Source of the DNA: an uncultured delta proteobacterium
GTDB lineage: Bacteria > Desulfobacterota > Binatia > Binatales > Binataceae
Assembly: GCA_963794325.1 (NCBI GenBank)
Contig: CAWCDG010000007.1
Coordinates: 64,001 to 128,000, forward strand
DNA length: 64,000 bases
Direction: 5' to 3'
Positions 28,941-38,517 of the stretch are shown here, piece after piece (the first letter of the stretch is position 1; each line of letters opens with the position of its first letter). The position numbers were made by a program, and so were the translations under genes. The notes under the pieces were generated by a model. It was given only the letters and a program-made list of their open reading frames with translations. It had not been told where the DNA came from and did no database searches.

Positions 28941-29624
28941 TCAGGACTTGCTCAGCAGATGGCGGAACAGGTCTTCAGCCGACTTGCCGGCCTCCTGCTC
29001 GAATGCCTCGCTCAAGAATTCGACGTCACTCATGCGGTCGACCCGAAAGAAGCGGAAATCATCGCGCAGCTCGCACCACGACGCGGCAGTCCAAAACGGC
29101 GGATAGAACCAGAGGCTCAACGGACGTACTTTGCGGCGCGTCTCGGCGCCCTTCTCGTCGCAATAGCGGAACCGAACTTTCCGGCATCCGCGGATCGCGC
29201 CGCGCAATTGTCCAAGATCGAACGAGACCGGCACCCGCCGCACGTCCTGCGGCGCCCATAGCGATCGATCGTCCAGCATCCGCTGGAGATGCACCGGCAG
29301 CACGTTTTCGATCTTCGACAATGCCGCGTCGGCGGCTCGGCCCAGCTCGGCATCGCTCCAGTTCTGCACCATGCGAGCGCCGAAGACGAGCGCCTCGAGT
29401 TCGGTCTCGCTGAACATGAGCGGCGGCAGATCGTATCCCTTGCGCAGCGAGTAACCGATTCCGGCGGCGCCCTCGATCGGGACCTTGCTGGCAATCAGAT
29501 CGCTGATGTCGCGATAGATAGTTCGTTCGCTGACGTTGAACTGCTCGGCGAGCGCGCCGGCCGTGACCACGCGACGCCGGCGCAGCCGCTGAATGATCTC
29601 GAACAGTCGATCGGCGCGACGCAT
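28941..29624 (-). CDS. YafY-family HTH-WYL transcriptional regulator
   Basis: MRRADRLFEIIQ, VSERTIYRDI, LPPLMF, WCELRDDFRFFRVDR. Confidence 0.93.
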   Translation of the reverse strand: MRRADRLFEIIQRLRRRRVVTAGALAEQFNVSERTIYRDISDLIASKVPIEGAAGIGYSLRKGYDLPPLMFSETELEALVFGARMVQNWSDAELGRAADAALSKIENVLPVHLQRMLDDRSLWAPQDVRRVPVSFDLGQLRGAIRGCRKVRFRYCDEKGAETRRKVRPLSLWFYPPFWTAASWCELRDDFRFFRVDRMSDVEFLSEAFEQEAGKSAEDLFRHLLSKS

Positions 29625-29640
29625 GATGATTCAGCTTGTC

Positions 29641-31569
29641 TCACTGTCGCTGCTCAACAGCAACACCCGTCTCAGCCCGCATCAATCCATAAACCGTTAC
29701 GGCGAAGAACACCGCAAGGTTGATGGATGCCGCCGTGATCAGCGCCGCGTTCGGATGATCGGGAAAATATGACGAGGTGTCGGTGAGATGCTTTATATAG
29801 ATGAGGTTGAACAGGAAGGTCGCGCTGACGACTGCGTAGATGGTGGTGAGAAATTCGCTCTCCAACGCGATCGGAATCAGGAACACCAGCGGATAGTAGA
29901 GGTACCGCTCATGCATCCGCGGCGCGAACATGAAGAAGCCGAACAGCGCGACGAATATTGCGAGCAGTGCTGCGCGTCCCGATCGCGCGCGCCAGATTAG
30001 ATACGACGCGATTGCGTAAACGACGCAGGTCAGCGAAAGGCCGAACGCGCTGTACGAAACGCCGTCGAAGACTTTGTCGGTGTCGGGCGTGCCCATCCCG
30101 CCAATCAATCCCATCAGGTTGAACGCGCCGACCGAGGCCTCGCTGAATCGCGTGCCGAGGTCCTTGTACACGTTGATTATCCAGTCCCACGAATGTCCGA
30201 GCTGATACGGCAGGATTCCAATGACGACTGTGCCGACAACTGCGCCGGCGCACCATGCGCATTCGACGATGCCAGCGTTGAACAGCGTCCACAATGCGAG
30301 CGGCGGCGTGAATGCGAGCGCTTGCGGCTTGGCGAGGATCGCGATCGCGGCGGCACTCCAGCCGAGTCGATAACGGCCGGTGAGAATCAGGATCGCCGCG
30401 ATGATCATCGGCAGCGCGACGACCGAATCGCTCTGGCCCCACACGACCGTGTCGAAGATCAGCGCCGGGTTGAGCGCGAACAGCATCATTATAATTAGGG
30501 CGCGGATGGCGCGTCCCTCACGCCACGCCGCGAAGTAAATCGTCAGCCCGATGAAGAGGTCGGCAATCAGCGGCGGCGTCTCGACGATCACGCGAAAGCC
30601 GTTCGCGGTGGGCTCGATCAACTTGCCTAGCCATCCTGAGAACCAAAGCAGATACACCGAGCCGGGCGGATAAGCGTCAACCGGCAGCCCGGGATCGTAA
30701 ATCTTCGACGGTCCCAGCGCGGCGGCCAACAGAGCGCGATTGGTTTTCGCCCAGATGTCCCAATAGAAGCCGGTGAAATGAAATAGCGCGGCCAACTTGA
30801 CGACCGTAATCGCGAGCATGAGGCCGGCCGCCAACCTCCACGCCGCCTGCCCTGCCGAGCGCGCCGGTCGCGATATTTCGACGAACGCCCACGCCAGCAG
30901 TGCAAGCAGGACCAGGCCGCTGACGATACCCACGACCCTAATCCCGATTCGCTCGTCGGGCCGATGCAGCTGATCCTTGTACACAGCCCGGATTGCGCGG
31001 AGGTCGAATCTGACCACGCCTGGCGGCGGCATGCTCGCAACCTGGATAACTTTGATATTGCGAAACGACGCGCGGCCTCTGTCCGGATAACCGGAGACGC
31101 CAAGTTGGCAGAGCAACTCAGTCGTATCGCCCCATCGATCTTCGATTAGAAAAAACGTCAGGGTCTGCCAGTCGGTGGCGCGCTGCAGATGGTTCGAGAT
31201 CAGCTGGATGCCATCGAAGGTGCTGATCGCGATATTCGCGCCGCCCTCGCGCGCCATCGCACCTTCGACTCGCGCTTCGGCAGTCACCTTGTAAATCCCG
31301 GGCCGCAGCATCAGCGCTTGATGCCAGCTCGAAAAGGTCCGGCTGTTATTCGAGATGCTCAGCACGCCGCCGGTGGCTGGAGCGTACGTCCAGGAAAATT
31401 TGGTGAGCTTCTTGTCCGACGACAGCGCGTACCAATCAGCCGGCGCACCGTCGAAGCCGGCCGTAAGCTCGCCGTTCTTTACAAGATTAGTCTGCGCGAA
31501 CGCGCACAGCGGCTCGTAGAGCCATGATGCGCACAGCACGAGCGCCACAAACGCAATGAATCGCCGCAT
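29641..31569 (-). CDS. Multi-pass GT-C (mannosyltransferase-like) glycosyltransferase with N-terminal carbohydrate-binding-like domain
   Basis: NLVKNG-type CBM start, DAYPPG, NPALIFDTVVWGQSDS, KPQ, MHERYLY. Confidence 0.8.
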   Translation of the reverse strand: MRRFIAFVALVLCASWLYEPLCAFAQTNLVKNGELTAGFDGAPADWYALSSDKKLTKFSWTYAPATGGVLSISNNSRTFSSWHQALMLRPGIYKVTAEARVEGAMAREGGANIAISTFDGIQLISNHLQRATDWQTLTFFLIEDRWGDTTELLCQLGVSGYPDRGRASFRNIKVIQVASMPPPGVVRFDLRAIRAVYKDQLHRPDERIGIRVVGIVSGLVLLALLAWAFVEISRPARSAGQAAWRLAAGLMLAITVVKLAALFHFTGFYWDIWAKTNRALLAAALGPSKIYDPGLPVDAYPPGSVYLLWFSGWLGKLIEPTANGFRVIVETPPLIADLFIGLTIYFAAWREGRAIRALIIMMLFALNPALIFDTVVWGQSDSVVALPMIIAAILILTGRYRLGWSAAAIAILAKPQALAFTPPLALWTLFNAGIVECAWCAGAVVGTVVIGILPYQLGHSWDWIINVYKDLGTRFSEASVGAFNLMGLIGGMGTPDTDKVFDGVSYSAFGLSLTCVVYAIASYLIWRARSGRAALLAIFVALFGFFMFAPRMHERYLYYPLVFLIPIALESEFLTTIYAVVSATFLFNLIYIKHLTDTSSYFPDHPNAALITAASINLAVFFAVTVYGLMRAETGVAVEQRQ

Positions 31570-31713
31570 TAGTTCAGTGAAGGCTGATGCCAGGAATACC
31601 GTTCCATGCGCATCCAATCAATTGTCGATATCTGTATGCAAGACCTGATGCGCTCTTGACGCGCGCCGACTAGGATGTGCCGCAACCGTTCGAAACCTGG
31701 GGAGGGATTTTCG

Positions 31714-32109
31714 ATGGCAGGGAAACCACGCGGCGCCGCGCTCACGATCTTCGCGCTACTGTTCGTACTTCTCGCGATATCCGATTTCGCCAAGCCATTG
31801 TCACATAGCGCAAACTTCGTCTTCCTCGGCACCAAGATGACCGGCACCGGCAACGCCGTGATGGGTCCGCTGTTCGGATTCCTCCTCCTGGTCTATGCCT
31901 ACGGCATATGGACGATGCGCCGGTATGCACTGCCGGTGGCGTACATCTACACGGGGTGGGTAGTCGTCAATATGGTTTTGTTCAGCATGAAGAATCGCAA
32001 CACGCCGCCACCTTCACCCGCCTTTGCGATTGTTAGCATCGCGATTGGTCTCGGCGTTCCACTCGCGACCGCGATCACTTTGTCTCGCCGTCAGGCCGAT
32101 CTCAGTTGA
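31714..32109 (+). CDS. Hypothetical 4-TM membrane protein (paralog 1)
   Basis: RBS GGAGG; hydrophobic; similar to the next gene. Confidence 0.75.
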   Translation: MAGKPRGAALTIFALLFVLLAISDFAKPLSHSANFVFLGTKMTGTGNAVMGPLFGFLLLVYAYGIWTMRRYALPVAYIYTGWVVVNMVLFSMKNRNTPPPSPAFAIVSIAIGLGVPLATAITLSRRQADLS

Positions 32110-32127
32110 CGGAGCGGATTATCCGCC

Positions 32128-32538
32128 ATGGCTGAGAAATCACGGGGCGCGACACTGACGATTCTCGCGATGCTGCTCGCGCTGATGGTGATCTCCAATT
32201 TCCACAAGCCCTTCGCACATCATCCCGGCGAAGGCTTCGTATTCTTTGGCACGCGTCTATCCGGCACGCCCAACATGATCGTCGCGCCGATCTTCGCTCT
32301 CATTCTCGCCGTGTACGTGTACGGAATCCTCGCGATGCGCAAGTTTGCGCTGCCGCTCGGAATTTTTTACGCCGCGTATGTGATCCTCAACATGCTCCTG
32401 TTCGTGCTGAAATATCACGGCACACCGGTGACACAGGAACATTCGTGGGCCTACCTGATCCCCTACCCGTTCGTCGCGATCGGCGTATCATCCGGCGCAG
32501 CCTGGCTGCTCTACCGCCGCAAAGCCGATTTGCGCTGA
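32128..32538 (+). CDS. Hypothetical 4-TM membrane protein (paralog 2)
   Basis: Shares RG..LTI.A.L, FVF.GT, YGI..MR..ALP, RR.ADL with 31714. Confidence 0.78.
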   Translation: MAEKSRGATLTILAMLLALMVISNFHKPFAHHPGEGFVFFGTRLSGTPNMIVAPIFALILAVYVYGILAMRKFALPLGIFYAAYVILNMLLFVLKYHGTPVTQEHSWAYLIPYPFVAIGVSSGAAWLLYRRKADLR

Positions 32539-32601
32539 AGCCCTTCGATTGACTACACATCGCTTGTCAAGTAATCCTTGACACGAGGTTTCAGTCGATT
32601 T

Positions 32602-32949
32602 ATGGTCAAAGGCAAGATGCTCTATTGCTCGTTCTGCCGAAAAAGTGACGAGCAGCTCAAGAAACTCATCGCAGGGCCCGCCGTCTTTATCTGCGACGAT
32701 TGCGTGGAACTGTGCAACCACATCATCGTTGGCAAACCGATCCCGTCGTTCCCCGGATTGGATTCGCTCAGCACCGACGATCTCCTGAAGACCCTGGTGC
32801 CGGCCGCCGACCTGCTGCGCAAAGCCGAAGATGTCCTTCGTCAGCACGTCGCGACTCTGCGCAAGCGCGAGGTGACCTGGACGCGAATCGGCGAAGTCCT
32901 CGGTGTGAGCCGGCAGGCGGCCTGGGAGCGATTCTCGCAAGAGGAATAG
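32602..32949 (+). CDS. Stand-alone ClpX C4 zinc finger plus HTH protein
   Basis: CSFCRK...[17 protein letters not shown]; [20 protein letters not shown]. Confidence 0.9.
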   Translation: MVKGKMLYCSFCRKSDEQLKKLIAGPAVFICDDCVELCNHIIVGKPIPSFPGLDSLSTDDLLKTLVPAADLLRKAEDVLRQHVATLRKREVTWTRIGEVLGVSRQAAWERFSQEE

Positions 32950-33040
32950 CGGCTCGTTCCTGCGCGACGTGACTGCGCTGCGGGCATAGAGTCTGGCCGC
33001 GCCTTGGCGGTAGAATCCGCAGTAGCTGCGAGGTGCTCAG

Positions 33041-34282
33041 ATGAAACGATCGCACGATGGATCGATCTTTGGACGACGCGAGTTCCTGAAACGTGGCGTG
33101 CTGGCCGGCGTGGGCGTATCGATCCTGCCGCTGGCCGGTGCCGCGAACGCATCACTCGAAGCTGCTCCGCAGGTCCGCCGATACGCGACGCTCGGCCGCA
33201 CCGGTCTCAAGATTTCCGATATCTCATTCGGCGGCAGCCGCCTTACTTCCGGCGAGGAAGATCTCGTTCGTCACGCGTTCGACTGCGGCGTCAATTACTT
33301 TGATTCGGCCGACACCTACACCGAAGGCGAATCTGAAACGACGATCGGGAACGCGCTCAAGGGCAAGCGCGATAAGGTCTATCTGACCTCGAAGCAGATG
33401 GCGCAGGCCGACGACAAGCGCGACGCGATGATGCAGACGCTCGAGGGCAGCCTGCGCCGCCTCCAGACCGATCACGTCGACGTGTACTTCAACCATGCGG
33501 TCAACGATCCGGCGCGACTCAAGAATCCCGAGTGGCACGAATTCACCGCGCAAGCTCGCAAGCAGGGAAAGATTCGCTTCGTCGGGATGTCGGGTCATGC
33601 CGGCAATCTCGCCGAGTGCCTCGACTATGCGATCGACAGCGGTCAGGTCGACGTGATCCTGTGCGCGCACAATTTCGGACAGGACCCGCGCTTCTTCCAG
33701 CGCTTCACCCGTGGCTTCGATTTCGTCGCGCGACAGCCCGAGCTACCGCGCATCATGGAAAAAGCCAAACAGCACGGGGTCGGCGTGGTGGTTATGAAAA
33801 CCTTAATGGGCGCGCGTTTGAACGATATGCGCCCGTACGAATCCGGCGGCGCAACCTTCTCCCAGGCGGCGTTTCGATGGGTATTGTCGAATCACAACGT
33901 GGACGCGCTGATCGTCACGATGACGAGCCAACCGATGATCGACGAATACCTGGGCGCGTCGGGAGCGCGCACGACCGCCGCGAGTGACTTGCCGCTGTTG
34001 AATCGCTACGCGACGCTCAACGGCGATTCGCAATGCCGCCCGGCGTGCAACGAATGCGCGAATGCATGTCCGTTCGGAGTGCCGATCGCCGACGTGATGC
34101 GCACGCGGATGTATGCTCGCGACTACGGCGACATGCGTTTTGCACGCGCCGAATACGCGATGCTCTCATCGAATGCCGCGGCGTGCCTCACTTGCGATGC
34201 GAAGCCGTGCGCCGGAGCATGTCCTCACGGAATCGCGACCGACGTGCTGCTCGCGCCGACGCATCGTATGCTCGCGACGTAA
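33041..34282 (+). CDS. Tat-signal aldo/keto reductase with C-terminal Fe-S cluster motifs
   Basis: GRREFLK, LGRTGLKIS, NYFDSADTY, SLRRLQTD, C..CNEC...CP and CLTC...C...CP. Confidence 0.9.
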   Translation: MKRSHDGSIFGRREFLKRGVLAGVGVSILPLAGAANASLEAAPQVRRYATLGRTGLKISDISFGGSRLTSGEEDLVRHAFDCGVNYFDSADTYTEGESETTIGNALKGKRDKVYLTSKQMAQADDKRDAMMQTLEGSLRRLQTDHVDVYFNHAVNDPARLKNPEWHEFTAQARKQGKIRFVGMSGHAGNLAECLDYAIDSGQVDVILCAHNFGQDPRFFQRFTRGFDFVARQPELPRIMEKAKQHGVGVVVMKTLMGARLNDMRPYESGGATFSQAAFRWVLSNHNVDALIVTMTSQPMIDEYLGASGARTTAASDLPLLNRYATLNGDSQCRPACNECANACPFGVPIADVMRTRMYARDYGDMRFARAEYAMLSSNAAACLTCDAKPCAGACPHGIATDVLLAPTHRMLAT

Positions 34283-34308
34283 TCGTTTGGTATTTGTCCT
34301 GGTCTTTA

Positions 34309-34433
34309 GTGGGGCGGGCCGCCGTGCCGCCCTCTTCTCAAGGTTGCGGCCACACCCAGAGAAACTCTCATTCGTCGGTAGACGTGGGCGCGGACGCCCG
34401 CGCGTCGATGGCGGGCACGGCGGCCCGCCCCAC
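34309..34433. repeat. REPIN-like element (20-bp perfect inverted repeats)
   Basis: GTGGGGCGGGCCGCCGTGCC (34309-28) / GGCACGGCGGCCCGCCCCAC (34414-33). Confidence 0.65.
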
Positions 34434-34498
34434 AATAAAAGGCCCGAAGCCCACTCCTGGTGGCGGTGAGCTGAGCGCTACGGCTCTCGACTGCGTAA

Positions 34499-35398
34499 TC
34501 AGAACGGAATCCGCGCGCTCAGAATCACCGCGTTGTGGTAACTCGGATGTCGAGTTACCGCGACCTGGTAGCCTGCGCCAATCGTCACTCCGACGCGTTC
34601 GTGGATTGGGATGCGTCCGATGAGCAATCCGGGCGTGAGGAACAACTGGCTCTGGCCGGTTCGTTCGCCCTTCGAAAACCAGGTGTAGTTGGTTTCAAAT
34701 TCCGGCCAGAAATATTTGCAGATTCGATACTGGAAGGCGGTATTCCAGGCGAGCGGCCATCCCAGACGATCCTCGCCGCCGTTGGAAAATGTGACGCCGA
34801 CCGTAGTCTGGACGTCGAAGTCGCCGAATCCCTTGCCGCCCGCGATGGTAGGTGTAAAGAGCGCGTGCCCCGCGCTGTTTCCGTTGATGCCAGTCGGCGC
34901 GCTGAAACCCATGAAGGCGGTCAGGATGTAATTTCCGTTTTTCTCGTTCGCGGACAGTAGCCGATATTTGACCAGAAACGTCTCGTCGGCCCATCCGTCG
35001 GTAGGAACTTCTTTTGTTGGCGTCGAATGCAGGATGTGGCCGTTATGCGCGATCCAGGCCGGCACCCCCAGTATGACTTCAGTGTTTTGAAACGGGATCA
35101 GTTCCAGTCCCTTGCCGGCGCCAAAGTTGTCGGTCGCAACACCGTGGGGATTCGCCTGCCACAGTTGATCGTAGCGGACTTCCTCTTCCAGTCGCGGAGT
35201 AACCGTCACCAACGGAGTTATCCAGTGCGGCTGCTCGCTCTGGATTTGCGTGACTCGCGGAAACCAGTTTGTAAAGTAGGCCACGATGTCGGATCCAAAG
35301 TCCGCGCGGCACGGCGTCGCCGTAGCGAACACGACTGCGAGTACGACTGTGGTACAAATCGAGCCGAACAGGATTGAGGAAGCGCAGCCGATTTTCAT
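34499..35398 (-). CDS. Putative outer-membrane beta-barrel transporter
   Basis: Signal peptide, alternating beta strands, C-terminal Phe (ARIPF), QPHWITPLVTVTPRLEEE motif. Confidence 0.72.
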   Translation of the reverse strand: MKIGCASSILFGSICTTVVLAVVFATATPCRADFGSDIVAYFTNWFPRVTQIQSEQPHWITPLVTVTPRLEEEVRYDQLWQANPHGVATDNFGAGKGLELIPFQNTEVILGVPAWIAHNGHILHSTPTKEVPTDGWADETFLVKYRLLSANEKNGNYILTAFMGFSAPTGINGNSAGHALFTPTIAGGKGFGDFDVQTTVGVTFSNGGEDRLGWPLAWNTAFQYRICKYFWPEFETNYTWFSKGERTGQSQLFLTPGLLIGRIPIHERVGVTIGAGYQVAVTRHPSYHNAVILSARIPF

Positions 35399-35430
35399 AA
35401 TAGCGACCGGTATGCCATCTTAAGAGCGGG

Positions 35431-36561
35431 ATGACAAGTATTATAGCATCGATCGGCAAGGCTCTTCTAAGCGCGCGCACCGCGCGGGACCTGACCCAGA
35501 CCGAGCTGGCCCGTCGCGCGGGCATCTCGCGGCAGGCGCTGGGTGCGATCGAGTCCGGCGCATACCATCCCGGCGTCGTAATCGCGATCCGCCTCGCGCG
35601 CGAGCTTGGCACGACAGTGGAAGCGCTGTTCGGCGAGATCGACGACCAGTCTTCCACCCTCGTCGAGGCGAGTTGGTCCGGCGATCGTGGTCGCGCCGCC
35701 GCCGCCCAATCGCGCGTAACGCTCGCGCGCGTGCGTGGAAAAGTGGTTGCCGTGGGGCAACCTGCGGCGCATCTGATGCTCTCGCCGGCGGCTGGATTGC
35801 TGCAGCGGGCGCGGCGCAATCGCGCGGACGTCGCGACGTTTCAAACGCCTGACGAAATCGACTCGACGCTGTTGATGTCGGGATGCGACCCGGCCGCCGC
35901 GATCCTGGTCGACTGGCTTGCGCGGCGGCGCTCGCCGGTTCGCGCGGTGGCGATCCCATGTTCGAGCCGCGAAGCTCTGCGCGCATTGGTCGAAGGCCGG
36001 GCGCACGTGGCGGGCGTGCATCTTCGGGATCAAAAGAGCGGCGACTACAACCTGGCATCAATCCGCCGCGCATTGGGCCGTCGGCGTTCGGTCGTTGTGA
36101 ACTTTGCGCGATGGGAATTGGGCATTGCTACGGCAGTCGGCAATCCGCTCGCAATCCGCGGCTTCGCCGACCTTGGACGGCCGGGCTTGAGAATCGTGAA
36201 TCGCGAAGAGGGTTCCGGCGCGCGCCTGGTTCTCGACCAGGCACTCGGCGAGCTTGGTATCGATCGCGAGCGCGTCTGTGGCTATCAGTTCGAAGCCGGC
36301 GGCCATCTGGAAGTCGCGGCCGCGATCGCCGGGGGCCTGGCGGATGCCGGCGTCACTATCAGGCTGGGCGCCGACGCCTACGGGCTGCACTTTCTTCCAC
36401 ATCAGGATGAACGCTACGACCTGGTGTTTATGGAGCAGGATAGTGACTCGACGCCGATCAAGGTGATGCTCGACAGTCTCAACTCGCGGCGTTTCGCGCG
36501 CGAAATCAGCCAGCTATGCGCCTATGACACCGCGCAAATGGGACAGGTTGTCACCGCTTGA
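35431..36561 (+). CDS. XRE-HTH regulator fused to a PBP-like (molybdate-binding-type) domain
   Basis: LTQTELARRAGISRQALGAIESG; GCDP, HVAGVHL, VNREEGSGAR, H..VA, ERYDLV. Confidence 0.87.
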   Translation: MTSIIASIGKALLSARTARDLTQTELARRAGISRQALGAIESGAYHPGVVIAIRLARELGTTVEALFGEIDDQSSTLVEASWSGDRGRAAAAQSRVTLARVRGKVVAVGQPAAHLMLSPAAGLLQRARRNRADVATFQTPDEIDSTLLMSGCDPAAAILVDWLARRRSPVRAVAIPCSSREALRALVEGRAHVAGVHLRDQKSGDYNLASIRRALGRRRSVVVNFARWELGIATAVGNPLAIRGFADLGRPGLRIVNREEGSGARLVLDQALGELGIDRERVCGYQFEAGGHLEVAAAIAGGLADAGVTIRLGADAYGLHFLPHQDERYDLVFMEQDSDSTPIKVMLDSLNSRRFAREISQLCAYDTAQMGQVVTA

Positions 36562-36818
36562 ACTGCACGCCCGCATCCGAGAGCCGTCTGCACTGCCCTT
36601 CCGCCCTGTGAATTTTCGCTAATCCGCGACCCCTCACAGCGTAAGAATTCGCGCGTTCGTAACAATCGTCTCATCATGTCGTAACGACGCCTCTTTAGTT
36701 TGCCGGTGCCGCGGAGGGAGGACGCTGATTTCGTGCATTGCACAGCGTCTTGGGACGGTTTCGCCGAATACGCGGGCGAGAGATTTCGCATCGTCGAAAG
36801 GAGAGTCCAGGGAGGACC

Positions 36819-38465
36819 ATGATGAGACGAACGATACGAATGGTTGCGCTGTCGATGCTTGGCGCGGCGCTGATGCTCAGCGCCGTCGCGATGACGCCAA
36901 AGCCGGTGTGGAGCGAGGATGTGCGGGCCATCACACTGTACACCGATCCCGCCAGCGGTCAGGTGTACACCAAGCGATGCAAACATTGCGTCAGGATGGG
37001 CGAGTACATCCCGGCTGGATCGACCGAAGAGATCGAGCGCAAGGTCGAGCGGCGAGTAAGCGTGCAGACCCAGGCGCAACTCGATCAGGAACGCGCCGCG
37101 ATGGAGGCGGAGCAAGCGCAAAGGGCGGCTCAGCAGCAGCAGTGGAACGCCGAGATGGCCAAGCAGGTCTCGACGATTCAGCCGTTCGCGCAGGAATTCG
37201 GCGATCGCTGGTACAAGAAGATCTCCGTCGGCACTCTGATATACGGCGACTACGGCTTCTTCAGTCACACCGGATTTGGCCCGCAATTCCTGACTCAGCA
37301 GAACTGGCCCGGTCCCGGCAACAACAGTTTCAGCGCGTTCAATATCACGCGCGCCTATCTGGATTTCAAATTCAGCCCTGTGGACGACATTTCGGCACGC
37401 GTGACACCCAACATATACGCGCAATATGGAACGGCCTCGGGCGATAAGGTTGGACTGAACTCCGGTTATGCGAGCTCAATCGACGGCAACCTTACCTTTC
37501 GATTGAAGTACGCGTATCTCGACTACAACACGTTCTTCAAGAAGGTATTAAAGGTCGCTGCGATGAGCGACGACAAATTCACTTTCGGCCAGGAGCAGAA
37601 TCCGCTGGTCGATTGGGAAGAAAACCTCTGGGGCTTCCGCTATACCGCCCTGACCCCCTGGAACTATCTGAGCTTGAGCTCGTCGCAGGTCGGCGTCTCG
37701 ATAAAGGGTCCAATCAAATTTAATGAGACACAGTATGCCGACTATGATGTCGGCGTCTTTGACGACGCCAGCTTCCACGCCAACGAACGGAGTGCATATA
37801 AGCAGGTGATGGGTCGTGTGACGGTAAACCCGTTCGGAGCCCATTCACGATACGACGGCCTTGGCCTCACCGGCTTCTATGACTACGGATACTCGCAAAA
37901 CTGCACGCCGGATTTGAACAGCTCCAACGCCTCGTGCGGACATGTCGCGCGCGCAGCCGGGATTGCCCACTACACCGCCGAGACCTGGGGCATCATCGCG
38001 GAGTGGGACTACGGGCACAACGCTTTTAGTCCGGGCAATTTATACTCGGGAAGCGGACCAGCCGACGGAACCGGCACTGGTGCCGTAACCCCGTTCGGCC
38101 CCTGGAACAAGATGGTCGGAAATATCTTGAGCAACGATCAGGCCATTCAGATGGGCGGGGACTTGATGGGCCACTATGATATCCCGCATACCCCGTTCAC
38201 CCTGTTCGGCCTGCTGCAGTGGTTCCAACCCAACACGCGCGTCAACAAGGACCCACTGGACTTCACCCGCTATGACTTGGGCGTGCAATGGCTTATCAAC
38301 AAGTATCTCCGGGTAGCGTTCGACTCTCAGGCTATCCAGTACTACCACAGCCAGTTCACGTTCCCGGCATCGCATGTTCCGGGACATGGGTATACGGCGG
38401 CAACGCCATTTGCGGTGGCCCGTGATACGCATGCATTCTTTCTGAACCTTGAATTCAGGTACTAA
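36819..38465 (+). CDS. Outer-membrane porin, probably phosphate-selective OprO/OprP-like
   Basis: RBS GGAGG, signal peptide, LYTDPASGQVY N-terminal motif, coiled coil, F.ITRAYL, LKYAYLDY, C-terminal LEFRY. Confidence 0.72.
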   Translation: MMRRTIRMVALSMLGAALMLSAVAMTPKPVWSEDVRAITLYTDPASGQVYTKRCKHCVRMGEYIPAGSTEEIERKVERRVSVQTQAQLDQERAAMEAEQAQRAAQQQQWNAEMAKQVSTIQPFAQEFGDRWYKKISVGTLIYGDYGFFSHTGFGPQFLTQQNWPGPGNNSFSAFNITRAYLDFKFSPVDDISARVTPNIYAQYGTASGDKVGLNSGYASSIDGNLTFRLKYAYLDYNTFFKKVLKVAAMSDDKFTFGQEQNPLVDWEENLWGFRYTALTPWNYLSLSSSQVGVSIKGPIKFNETQYADYDVGVFDDASFHANERSAYKQVMGRVTVNPFGAHSRYDGLGLTGFYDYGYSQNCTPDLNSSNASCGHVARAAGIAHYTAETWGIIAEWDYGHNAFSPGNLYSGSGPADGTGTGAVTPFGPWNKMVGNILSNDQAIQMGGDLMGHYDIPHTPFTLFGLLQWFQPNTRVNKDPLDFTRYDLGVQWLINKYLRVAFDSQAIQYYHSQFTFPASHVPGHGYTAATPFAVARDTHAFFLNLEFRY

Positions 38466-38474
38466 TTGTCCCAG

Positions 38475-38517
38475 GAGCCGGCGCGAGCATACAAAATGCT
38501 CGCGCCGGCTCGCCTTT
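38475..38517 (+). terminator. Intrinsic terminator
   Basis: GAGCCGGCGCGAGCAT / ATGCTCGCGCCGGCTC 16-bp stem directly after the porin. Confidence 0.75.

Noticed and set aside
32107-32130. In-frame TGA between the tandem membrane paralogs as a readthrough site
   Set aside because: Each gene is a complete paralog ending RR.ADL, and the second has its own RBS-like GGAG and ATG.
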